Shown: positions 10,338 through 18,760 of the stretch, in pieces
How the letters are laid out: the number at the start of each line of letters is the position of its first letter
Position numbering within the stretch: position 1 is the first letter of the stretch
IMG/VR virus record: IMGVR_UViG_3300017963_000253
Location: 11,134-75,133 of that record
DNA length: 64,000 nucleotides
Direction: 5' to 3' (one strand)
Source of the DNA: a virus
Made by a program: the position numbers and the translations under genes
Notes under the pieces: model-generated
What the model was told of the DNA's origin: nothing
What the model saw: only the letters and a program-made list of their open reading frames with translations
Database searches by the model: none

Positions 10338-12359
10338 ATGGCGACTTTGGACCAACCCATAGACCCCTCCAGCGTCTCCTTTAGAGGGTTCTCCACCAGC
10401 AACGCGCCGGTCTTCCCGCACGACACCTACTCCTTCCTGATGGCGTCCCTCCGGGAGCAGGACGCGACGGAAGGAGAGGAACTACTCCTCCGCTGGCTTG
10501 CCTCAGAGCAGAGCGAGTTCGAGGACACCTACGCGCGGATAAAGACCCTCTTGACGTTTCCGGACCCGGAGATCTGTCCCGCGGAGGCTCTCCCCTATCT
10601 CCGCTGGATAGTGGGCCTGACCGCGAAACTGGACGGGGTGATAGGGGATATCTCGGAGGCGGACCTCCGACGACTGATCTCCGTAGCGGTCCGGATGTGG
10701 AAGTTGAAGGGAACGGAGAAGGGACTTGCAAACACGCTCCGAGCGCTGACCACGCGGACCGCGCGGATCCTCAACTGGTTCTTCTTCCGAATCATCCTCG
10801 GGGAGGCGGAGCTGGGACGCGCGGAACTCAGCGTGGATCCCTGGCTCCTGGACGAACTTGGGATGCAGACCTCTATCCTCCCGGACTCCGTGATCACGGG
10901 GGGTCCGTACCTCCGCGGGGACGTTCTCCCCTCCGCGGACACTCCCGCCTGGACTTACGTCAGCGAGGGGGAGTCGGAGGGAACTATCTTCGCGGTCTCC
11001 GGAGAGGCTCTATTTCAGTTTCAGAGCTTCGGAAACGCCTTTGGGGGTCGGTACTACCTAGACGCACCTTTGGACGCCTCCACGGCTGAAATAGGGGCCA
11101 TCTGGACGGCATTGGATCTAACCGAGGTGGGGGGTCGTCCGTTCAGGCTCTTTCTGGAGGACGGTTCCCGTGGTTACGTCTTGAGCTGGTCAGATACGGA
11201 GGTGGCGCTGGAGAGCGTCTCCGGTTCCGTGATAGTGAGTCCGCGGAGTCGCGGGTTCTCCGTGGGTAACTCCTACCGGATGAGACTCTACAAGGACGGG
11301 GCGGGATCCGTTCGCGCCTCCGCGGACGGAGTGGACCTCTTCGGGGAGGTGTCCTCCGCACTCTTCCCGGTTAGTGTAAACTCTCGCTACGGATTTGGGT
11401 ACCTGAACCTGGGGGAGAACCAAACCTGGACCGTTACTTGGGACGACGTGGGTCCCCTCCCGGAGTTGACTCTGAACCTGACCACGCTCTTGGGGGCAAC
11501 GGAGGCGGTTCCCCACCGGATCCGTGTGAAGCACGTCCCGAGCAAGTCGGTCCGGACCGTCTACTCCTACTGGGACGGGTCCTCCAATCTCTGCCGCGTC
11601 TTAGACGCCTTCGGGAACGGAGCGCCGTTCACCGTCTCCCAGAACGACCTCCGGGTGGGGGTGGACCCGGACGAGTACGTCTCGGATGTTCGGATCGTGG
11701 ACGACGGGACCGGGACTCTGGACCGGAACTTGATCGAGGGGATTATGTCCACGCTCCGGCCCTCCGGGGAGCGGTACTTCCTCCGCTACCTGGACTTCTC
11801 GGACGAGTTTCGACGGACCTTTGACTGGATTGCCGTTTCGGGGACGGCGGTTCCTAGTCTGGAAGAGGGACTCGTTACCCTGGGGGACCCCACTTTCGAG
11901 ACCGTGATCAAGACGGACTACCCGAACGACGCGACGTGGGAGCAACCGCAACTGGTTGCGCAGTTCTCCCTAAAGGATCCCACTTCCTGGGGGGAGGTGA
12001 GGTTCAACTACCAGGACGAGTTCAACTTCTACGCGATGCGGTTGGACGCGGCGGGGAAACAAGTTCTTCTGGACCGGATGTTGGGAGGGGTCCGGACGAA
12101 CCTCTCCACCGTGGGGATCCTGGTCTTCCACCCGGAGGTGAACTACTACCTCCACGTTCACGTGGAGAACTCCGTCACTCCCGGGACTTTGGTGATCAAC
12201 TTTCACTTAGACGGGAACCTCCTAGGGACCGTGATCGACGCCGGAGGGAGTACCTCCGGGAAGTTGGCGGTCGCGGCCGGGATAGGGCAGGAACTGAAGT
12301 TAACTTTCTCGGAGATGTTCCAGCTTCCGCTGGACTCCGTTAGAATCGGACCACCTTAG
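10338..12359 (+). CDS. baseplate protein I-like (P2 gpI) with lectin-like accessory domains
   Basis: DPEICPAEALPYLRWIVG, MWKLKGTEKGL; C-terminal beta-sandwich. Confidence 0.8.
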   Translation: MATLDQPIDPSSVSFRGFSTSNAPVFPHDTYSFLMASLREQDATEGEELLLRWLASEQSEFEDTYARIKTLLTFPDPEICPAEALPYLRWIVGLTAKLDGVIGDISEADLRRLISVAVRMWKLKGTEKGLANTLRALTTRTARILNWFFFRIILGEAELGRAELSVDPWLLDELGMQTSILPDSVITGGPYLRGDVLPSADTPAWTYVSEGESEGTIFAVSGEALFQFQSFGNAFGGRYYLDAPLDASTAEIGAIWTALDLTEVGGRPFRLFLEDGSRGYVLSWSDTEVALESVSGSVIVSPRSRGFSVGNSYRMRLYKDGAGSVRASADGVDLFGEVSSALFPVSVNSRYGFGYLNLGENQTWTVTWDDVGPLPELTLNLTTLLGATEAVPHRIRVKHVPSKSVRTVYSYWDGSSNLCRVLDAFGNGAPFTVSQNDLRVGVDPDEYVSDVRIVDDGTGTLDRNLIEGIMSTLRPSGERYFLRYLDFSDEFRRTFDWIAVSGTAVPSLEEGLVTLGDPTFETVIKTDYPNDATWEQPQLVAQFSLKDPTSWGEVRFNYQDEFNFYAMRLDAAGKQVLLDRMLGGVRTNLSTVGILVFHPEVNYYLHVHVENSVTPGTLVINFHLDGNLLGTVIDAGGSTSGKLAVAAGIGQELKLTFSEMFQLPLDSVRIGPP

Positions 12360-12372
12360 CGAAGGGGACGAG

Positions 12373-15300
12373 ATGAGCAACCGAACTTTCTTCGAGGACA
12401 AGCGATTCCTCCCGCAGCAGAGGATCAAGGACACTTTCTTCGACTACCTCCTGGACCGCTTCTTGGACCTCGCCTCCCGGGTCTGGGGCGGACAACGCGG
12501 GGTCTTCGGATCCCTGAACCTGGTCTCCGGGGGAAACGACAAGTTCTCCGTTCAGACCCTCCCGGCGGAACTGCTGGACGGGGACGGTAACATCCTGAGC
12601 CTGGACGGTGCGGACGGGACGGGGATCCAGTTTGAGAACCTGGCGGCGACGGACTACTACGTGGGGGCTCGTCACAACTTGATCCCCTCCGGGGTCCTCC
12701 GGAATCAGCGTAACAACGTGATCTTCTACGACACGGAGGAGGACCGGATCGGGGAGGTCGGGGACCCCACCTCCGTGACGGAGGTCGCCGGGACGCTGGA
12801 GATCGTGGTCGACTCCGTCTTCGAGGCGGGGGTCTCCCACGCCGGGAGGTTGGTTACGGTCTGGCTCCGGCGCGCGTTGACCACGGAGGAGTCCGTAGCG
12901 ATCGAGCGGAACTTGACGGTGGTCTGGACCGGGGGCGTGAACAAGGTCGTTACCTCCGGTCTCCTGGGACAGGCCGGGGGGAGCGCCTCAACGGATCCTA
13001 CGGACTACCAGGTCTTCGCTCAGGGGGTCACGGTCCGGAAGGCGGACCTCTCCCTCGTCTCCCCCTACGCGTACATCGGGAAAGTGACCGGCGGCGGCGC
13101 GGGGAACCCCCCGTCTGCCTTCTCCACCCTGGGACAGATTGACGTCTCGGACGGGATCAACCCGGATCTCCAGGAAGCGTACACCGCGGGGCGAGAGATC
13201 TCCCCCTCCGGAGCTTACGGGGGCGCGGTGAAGATCGCCTCCGCGGACTCCGGGGACGCCCTGAGTTCCCTCCTTCACCTGGACCGGAAGGGTGCCACGG
13301 AGACAAATCCCGTGGACCTAGCTCTCGTGATGGACGAGGACGGAACCGGGCAGTTGAACGTCTACCCCCTATCTCACTCGACGGTGCTGCAGCTGGACGA
13401 ACCGGCTCAAGTCAATGGGGGTACGGACGGACGCCTGGATCTGACCCGCGGCGGTGTGAACGTAGGGACCGCTAAGGTCCGCCGGGACTGCGACCTAGTC
13501 CTCCTGACCGGGTTCGCCACCGCCGCTGTCAACGGGCTCTACAAGTTCGCGTCTCCCCCCAGCGGAGCAACGGTTTTCCTTACCCGCTGGGACGACGGAA
13601 GCGTGGCGGGTTACTGGAGCGGTGCCGGGGCGGAGGCGGGGAACGCGAGCTTCCTCCGCCTGGGAGTGGGGATCTCGAAGCGCCCGGAGGGAACCGGGAC
13701 GGAACTCCAGCCCGGAAGACCTATGGTCGTAAACGGGTCGAACGAGACCGGAGACCCCGCCGCGGTCAAGCTCTACCCCAGGATGGGGTCCGCCGCGCTG
13801 GAGTGTTTCGAGGGAGACTCCGTAGTTCCCAGACTACAGGCGCTCCTTTCGAAGTTCGGGACGTTCGAGGGGAGAACTACCGGGAGTCCGGGGACCCCGG
13901 CGAACGAACTCTACCTCGCGGACCGCCTGGACAACACGGATTACATGCAGCTCGCGTACCTCGCCCTCTGCGGGGACTCCTCCACCGCGCCGTTCGCGGC
14001 GTTGCAGCCGGTTTTAAACTCCCCCTACCTCCTAGCGGAGGAGGACGTAACGCTGGCCGGGGACATCGTGACCTTCACGCGCGGGGGGAGTTTGGACCTG
14101 ACCCAGAAAGACGGGCGGATCAACTCGGACCTGAACCTGCTCCTCCTGACGGACGCGGCGAACGAGGCGGACAACGGGCTCTACCTGATCGGATCACTGG
14201 CCAGTACCTTCATCGCGGCGGAGGACATGGACGGGAACACCTCGAGTTTCTTGGGGGCCTCCGCCAAGGCCAGGTTAGTGATCCCCAAGTTCCTCGTTGG
14301 GGGCTCTCAGGCGACGGGCGGGGGGAGCGGAAATTGGCTCCGCGGAAGCACGTTCGTCCTTCGGGATCCCTACACTCAGGGCGCGGCACCGCTCAGGATC
14401 TTCACGGAGAACCAGGGCGGCGTGGAGGTCTACGACGGGGGTAAGAGCAACGCAACCTCCTACGCGGCACCGCGGACGTTCTTTGTGCTGGATCCCACGG
14501 TGATCGGGAACGACAACGCGCACCCGATCAAACTCCACCGCGCGACGGTGGTCCGAGGCGGAGGGGCCGGAGGGGGAACGGAGGAGGACTTCCACCTTCG
14601 GGACGGCGTTCGGATCTACGACGCGGGCGGCGGCGTGGACACCCGGGATCCGGCCTTTGCCCTCGCGGTGGACGGGGGCTTCCCGGAGGATCTCCCGACC
14701 CTTCACACGAAGCCGGCCTTCGCGGCGGATACGGTCGGGGGCGTCTCCAGGGGTCACAACTTCCGGGACGACTTCATGTCCTACGACCCCACCACCGCTT
14801 GGACGAACGCTTGGCCGCAACCCCCACACTACTACACGTTCTTCGTGGGTGCCGGGACGATCACCCCGCGGGACATCTCGAACGGCGCGGGGTACGGGCA
14901 CGGGTGCGTGGAGTTAGCCACCGGGACGAACGTCAGCGACGTTGCGGAGCTGGGGATCAACTCTATCTGCTGCAACCTGGACACCGCGAAGGACTTTCGT
15001 TGGTCCTTCCGCGGACGCTTGAAGGTGGGCAGCGTCACGAACATGACCTGCCGCTTCGGGTTCTACCGGGGAACCGGGAGTCAGAGGTACTACTTCGAGT
15101 GCAACAACGGGGTCTGGAGATTTGTCTACTGGAACGGAGCCGGGTACGTGGTCTCCGCGGAGAGCTGCAACGCCACGGTCGGGGAGTACCAGTGGTTTGA
15201 CATTTACCTGTCGTCTAGCACGGTCGTATTCGTCGTGGAGCGGAAGGATCACGCCGCTGGGAGTTACATGAGCGGAGCTTACTCCATCCCCAACCTGGAC

Positions 15301-15450
15301 GGTCAGGCCGGTGGGATCGGGGTGAACTGCTGGATCCAGACCCAGATCGCCGCGGCCTCCAAGTCTTGCGTCTTGGACTACTGGGAGGTCTTCGACACGG
15401 AGGTCTTGTACGGTAGGCTTGGAAACTCTCACAACCTGAACCACCCGTAG
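12373..15450 (+). CDS. tail fibre / receptor-binding protein
   Basis: 1025 aa, Gly/Thr-rich and modular; C-terminal lectin-like domain (FRDDF...LDYWEV); follows gpI-like gene. Confidence 0.8.
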   Translation: MSNRTFFEDKRFLPQQRIKDTFFDYLLDRFLDLASRVWGGQRGVFGSLNLVSGGNDKFSVQTLPAELLDGDGNILSLDGADGTGIQFENLAATDYYVGARHNLIPSGVLRNQRNNVIFYDTEEDRIGEVGDPTSVTEVAGTLEIVVDSVFEAGVSHAGRLVTVWLRRALTTEESVAIERNLTVVWTGGVNKVVTSGLLGQAGGSASTDPTDYQVFAQGVTVRKADLSLVSPYAYIGKVTGGGAGNPPSAFSTLGQIDVSDGINPDLQEAYTAGREISPSGAYGGAVKIASADSGDALSSLLHLDRKGATETNPVDLALVMDEDGTGQLNVYPLSHSTVLQLDEPAQVNGGTDGRLDLTRGGVNVGTAKVRRDCDLVLLTGFATAAVNGLYKFASPPSGATVFLTRWDDGSVAGYWSGAGAEAGNASFLRLGVGISKRPEGTGTELQPGRPMVVNGSNETGDPAAVKLYPRMGSAALECFEGDSVVPRLQALLSKFGTFEGRTTGSPGTPANELYLADRLDNTDYMQLAYLALCGDSSTAPFAALQPVLNSPYLLAEEDVTLAGDIVTFTRGGSLDLTQKDGRINSDLNLLLLTDAANEADNGLYLIGSLASTFIAAEDMDGNTSSFLGASAKARLVIPKFLVGGSQATGGGSGNWLRGSTFVLRDPYTQGAAPLRIFTENQGGVEVYDGGKSNATSYAAPRTFFVLDPTVIGNDNAHPIKLHRATVVRGGGAGGGTEEDFHLRDGVRIYDAGGGVDTRDPAFALAVDGGFPEDLPTLHTKPAFAADTVGGVSRGHNFRDDFMSYDPTTAWTNAWPQPPHYYTFFVGAGTITPRDISNGAGYGHGCVELATGTNVSDVAELGINSICCNLDTAKDFRWSFRGRLKVGSVTNMTCRFGFYRGTGSQRYYFECNNGVWRFVYWNGAGYVVSAESCNATVGEYQWFDIYLSSSTVVFVVERKDHAAGSYMSGAYSIPNLDGQAGGIGVNCWIQTQIAAASKSCVLDYWEVFDTEVLYGRLGNSHNLNHP

Positions 15451-15460
15451 GAGGATTGGA

Positions 15461-15751
15461 ATGCAAATAACCGTGGAGTGCGCGGAGTGCTCGAAGGAAT
15501 TCGAGTTGACGATCCCCAGGGATCTCCCCGCTCAGATGAGGTTACGGAACGCAGGTACGCTCTCCGGGGTGACATGCTCTCATTGCGGGGGAGAGTTGGA
15601 CTTGGAGACTCTGGATCTAAGCGAGACCGTCAACTCGAAGGCGAAGGAGAAGTCCCCCGCGAAGTCGAAGAAGTGCAAGAAGAAGGCTAGCGAGAGGCTG
15701 GCAACCCCTCCGGATCCGAACTTCGAGTACGGGGTGGGAGGTGCGAAATGA
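15461..15751 (+). CDS. small zinc-ribbon protein
   Basis: CAEC and CSHC pairs; GGAGGA RBS. Confidence 0.7.
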   Translation: MQITVECAECSKEFELTIPRDLPAQMRLRNAGTLSGVTCSHCGGELDLETLDLSETVNSKAKEKSPAKSKKCKKKASERLATPPDPNFEYGVGGAK

Positions 15752-16014
15752 ACGCCCCGGAACTGGATAGCAAGGTCACCGCAACGGAAGCGGACGGTTG
15801 GCTCGTGAAGTCCTTCGAGGTTCCGGCGGAAAGACCAGACCCGTCGGTCTTCAAGTTGAAGGGGGTTCCCCAGGTGGAGGGGTTGGACTTCACTCTGGAG
15901 GGGAACGTGGTAACCTGGCGGACCGCAATCTCCCCCTACGCGCGGGTGGAGATCTTCGACTCCGGGGACTCCCTGTCCTGGGGTTGGTCCGCGGTGGCTG
16001 GGGAAGACAGCTAA
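15748..16014 (+). CDS. hypothetical protein
   Basis: ATGA overlap; RBS GGAGG. Confidence 0.65.
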   Translation: MNAPELDSKVTATEADGWLVKSFEVPAERPDPSVFKLKGVPQVEGLDFTLEGNVVTWRTAISPYARVEIFDSGDSLSWGWSAVAGEDS

Positions 16015-16053
16015 CAACAGACCCCGGAGAGACCGGGGAGAAAGGTGGTTGGG

Positions 16054-16671
16054 ATGAGAAAGTACCTGATCGCGGCGTTCTTCGCCGCCCTACTTGCGGT
16101 TGAGATTGGAGGAGTCTACTCGGACGCGTTCGCAGGCACGGACGCCGCGGTCTCGGGGGTGACCGCTCCCTCCACTGCCTCCGCGGAAGTGAAGCTCCTG
16201 GACTCCTCCGTCGAGGTGAAGAAGGCGGACGCGGGGACCACCGCGGGGAGTTCCAAAGATCCCCCGGTAGAGAAGAAGGTGGAGGGGACTCAGAGTTGGT
16301 GGCAGGCGTTACTCTACGACGTTGTCTTCAACTTTATCCTCCCTGTCTTCACCCCGGTGATCCTTGCCCTTCTGATGTGGCTACTTCGAAAGTGGGGTCT
16401 GAAGATTGAGTACGAACGCCTGGAGAAGGTGGCGGAGTTCGGCTCGAACTACGCGGAGCAGAAGGGAGCGGAGTGGCTGAAGGAGAAGGGAGCGAAAAGC
16501 CCCGGGGCGAAGAAGGAGGAGTGGGCCTGGGAGCTGGTGGAGTCCCTGGACAAGAAACTGAAGGGCTCCAAGAAGCTCCAGGCGCTGCTCATCTCCAAGA
16601 TCCCCGGGGCGGAGGCCTCCGTCTCCGAGGCGGCGAGCTACAAACCGGACGCCGCGATAAGGGAGGAGTAG
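16054..16671 (+). CDS. holin-like membrane protein
   Basis: Signal-like N-terminus, central TM helix, YAEQ...GAKK pattern as in LL-H-type holins. Confidence 0.55.
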   Translation: MRKYLIAAFFAALLAVEIGGVYSDAFAGTDAAVSGVTAPSTASAEVKLLDSSVEVKKADAGTTAGSSKDPPVEKKVEGTQSWWQALLYDVVFNFILPVFTPVILALLMWLLRKWGLKIEYERLEKVAEFGSNYAEQKGAEWLKEKGAKSPGAKKEEWAWELVESLDKKLKGSKKLQALLISKIPGAEASVSEAASYKPDAAIREE

Positions 16672-16675
16672 GGAG

Positions 16676-17038
16676 ATGCCCTGGTGGGGTTGGTTGCTCC
16701 TGGGAGCCGGGGTCTCCCTCCTCTCCGTCTTGATCCTCTGGCTCATCCTGCGGAAGCGGGGAGGTGGGGAGGTGGACCGCGCCGCGCTGGCGGACGTGAA
16801 GTTTCGTCGCCTCCGGGAGGAGTTGGAGGCGGAGTCCGAGATGCGACGTAAGGCGGAGCGGATTGGAAGGGACCTCGAACTGGAGCTTCGCGGCGTTGCG
16901 GAGCGGAAGAAGAAGAGACTGGAGGAGGTAGATGAAGAGACTCGCAAGCGCTTTTCTGACCTTTCTGACGATCCTGACGCTCTCCTCTCCCGGGTGGACG
17001 AGATCCTCTCCGGAAAAACCGGAACCGGACCTCCGTAG
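16676..17038 (+). CDS. i-spanin (Rz)-like protein
   Basis: N-terminal TM followed by coiled coil. Confidence 0.55.
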   Translation: MPWWGWLLLGAGVSLLSVLILWLILRKRGGGEVDRAALADVKFRRLREELEAESEMRRKAERIGRDLELELRGVAERKKKRLEEVDEETRKRFSDLSDDPDALLSRVDEILSGKTGTGPP

Positions 17039-17393
17039 GGTCAAGGTGGAGGTTGGAAAACCGGCACCCTTCTCCGGGATCCTCCTGACCCCGGCGGCGC
17101 TGGCGAAGGTGATCACGGAGTTGGAGCGGAAGACGGTAACCTGTCAAACGGAGAGGGACGCGGAGCGCGCGGAGGCGGAGGCGAAGCGGAACGCGGCGGA
17201 GCAGGTCTGCACCGCTCGAGTGGACGCGGAGAGGGCCAAGACCGCGGCGGTAGCAGGTGAGCGGGATGCCCAGCGGGTGATCTACGAGAAGGCCCTCTCC
17301 AAGTGCTCCGCCTCTCCGCCCTGGTACAAGAGCCGGTACCTGGCGTTTATCGCCGGTGCGGCGGTCGCGGGTGGGGTCTGCGCCGCCCGTTGA
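16932..17393 (+). CDS. secreted/membrane protein overlapping the Rz-like gene (atypical o-spanin candidate)
   Basis: GGAGG RBS, signal peptide, coiled coil, hydrophobic C-terminus; no lipobox Cys. Confidence 0.55.
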   Translation: MKRLASAFLTFLTILTLSSPGWTRSSPEKPEPDLRRVKVEVGKPAPFSGILLTPAALAKVITELERKTVTCQTERDAERAEAEAKRNAAEQVCTARVDAERAKTAAVAGERDAQRVIYEKALSKCSASPPWYKSRYLAFIAGAAVAGGVCAAR

Positions 17394-17436
17394 GACATCT
17401 GGGAAAGACCGCTAGGAGATGAGCCGCCCCTCCGCT

Positions 17437-17464
17437 ATCCTCTAGGGGAAGAGAGGGATTTTTG
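17437..17464 (+). terminator. possible intrinsic terminator
   Basis: ATCCTCT...AGAGGGAT stem with a bulge, followed by a T run. Confidence 0.35.
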
Positions 17465-17489
17465 TTGACCGGCTTGACTGGTGGTTCAG

Positions 17490-17711
17490 ATGACGTCGTC
17501 TCTACTGAAAGGACTGCTGGAGACCGGAGCACCGTGGGGTATCCTCTGCGCGGTGCTCCTGGCGGCTGTGTTCGCGCTCTGGCGACGTTGCAACCTCGTT
17601 TCGGACAAACTGTACGCCCTCGGGTTGGCTCAGGTGGAGCACGATAAGGAGATCTGCTTCGTGATGGAGCGGATCCGCGAGGACGTGAGGGAGATCAGGA
17701 GGAACGAATGA
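17490..17711 (+). CDS. small holin-like membrane protein
   Basis: Single TM (GAPWGILCAVLLAAVFALW) followed by a charged coiled tail. Confidence 0.55.
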   Translation: MTSSLLKGLLETGAPWGILCAVLLAAVFALWRRCNLVSDKLYALGLAQVEHDKEICFVMERIREDVREIRRNE

Positions 17712-18109
17712 GTAGCAATTCCACCGGGGGTAACGGAGTGGGACACAGTATCGGGAGCGTCCTCCTGCAGATGAAGGTCCTCCGCCCCCGGGAACTGGCC
17801 GCGATCCTCAAGATCCAGGAGAAGTTGAGTCCGGAGGAACTCCTCGGGGAGTTACTCGTCTCCCGGGGGTTCGTCACCCGGGAACAGTTGGAGACCGCTC
17901 TGGAGTCCCAGCGGGCGCTCCGCTCCGGGAAGCCTCACGTTAGGGCGCTGGCGGTGGCCAGGGTTGCGGAGATCTCCGGGGGGAGGGTCCAGCGGTTAAT
18001 GCGACGAACCAGGGCGGAGTGCGAGGCGGCGCGTCGGAGGGTGACCGGGGAGGATCACCCCGCGGTCACCTCCCAGATGTTGGCGGTTGGGGAGGAGGAC
18101 GGGAGATGA
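17708..18109 (+). CDS. MshEN-type (GSPII_E N-terminal) domain protein
   Basis: Two tandem 24-aa motifs SIGSVLLQMKVLRPRELAAILKIQ and LLGELLVSRGFVTREQLETALESQ. Confidence 0.75.
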   Translation: MSSNSTGGNGVGHSIGSVLLQMKVLRPRELAAILKIQEKLSPEELLGELLVSRGFVTREQLETALESQRALRSGKPHVRALAVARVAEISGGRVQRLMRRTRAECEAARRRVTGEDHPAVTSQMLAVGEEDGR

Positions 18110-18564
18110 GCGGGGAGAAGCAGACGGACGGGCTGCAGAAGCTGAAGGCTCGAGCTATCAACGCCCTGATCTACCTCCTGATAGGGTCCCCCGGGGCCTA
18201 CGCGGCTTACACGAACCAGGACCGGGCCACGGTGGAGATTGTCCGGAAGGTCAACGTGAAGCGCGCGGACGACATCGAAGGACTTCAGGACTGGACGCGG
18301 TCGAACAAGGACCTGATAGAGAAGCTAGCGAAGAGCCTGGAGGAGTTTCGCCGGGAAGTCGCGGAGGACCGCCGGGAGACGAACCGGATCCTCTTCCAGC
18401 TGGCGAACCGGAGTCGAAGCAAAAGCGGGAGGATCCTCCGGGAGGAGATCCGGGATCGCCGGGAGAAGCCGGAACCGGTCCCCAGGATCACGGCGCAGAT
18501 CAAGTCGCAGCGGAGGAAGCTCCCCACCCTGAAGCGCCCCGCCAAGGCGCTAGCGGACCTCTGA
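18106..18564 (+). CDS. membrane-anchored coiled-coil protein
   Basis: ATGA overlap; hydrophobic AINALIYLLIG segment. Confidence 0.6.
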   Translation: MSGEKQTDGLQKLKARAINALIYLLIGSPGAYAAYTNQDRATVEIVRKVNVKRADDIEGLQDWTRSNKDLIEKLAKSLEEFRREVAEDRRETNRILFQLANRSRSKSGRILREEIRDRREKPEPVPRITAQIKSQRRKLPTLKRPAKALADL

Positions 18565-18575
18565 GAAAAAATCGC

Positions 18576-18604
18576 TAGACGTCACCCCAAATTTGGAGTA
18601 TGGT
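18576..18604 (+). promoter_or_regulatory. sigma70-like promoter
   Basis: TAGACG-17 bp-TATGGT with an A-tract upstream. Confidence 0.5.
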
Positions 18605-18610
18605 TCTCCG

Positions 18611-18716
18611 CGTAGATGGGAAACAGCCCGGGGCGGTCGAGACCTCCTCGGTAACGGAATCCCCGGGATGGTCTACTTGAGAACCCCGCTCTTCAAAAAG
18701 GGCGGGGTTTTCTTTT
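18611..18716 (+). ncRNA. putative ~105-nt structured small RNA
   Basis: Between promoter and terminator; GTAGAT/GTCTAC and CCCGGGG/CCCCGGG stems. Confidence 0.45.
18682..18716 (+). terminator. intrinsic terminator
   Basis: AACCCCGCTCTT-CAAA-AAGGGCGGGGTT followed by TTCTTTT. Confidence 0.85.
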
Positions 18717-18760
18717 ATCCGGAGTTAAGTCGAATGACTCATTTTGGGATAGATGAGGGC

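Noticed and set aside
3655-12359. Stand-alone contractile injection system / tailocin
   Set aside because: Contiguous with complete phage replication, lysis and nucleotide modules, so better read as a phage tail.
18611-18680. tRNA or c-di-GMP riboswitch
   Set aside because: No T-loop/anticodon cloverleaf and no GEMM consensus recognised.
18593-18760. N-terminal extension of the helicase in the ORF track
   Set aside because: Crosses a promoter, a structured RNA and a strong terminator; ATG 18761 is preferred.
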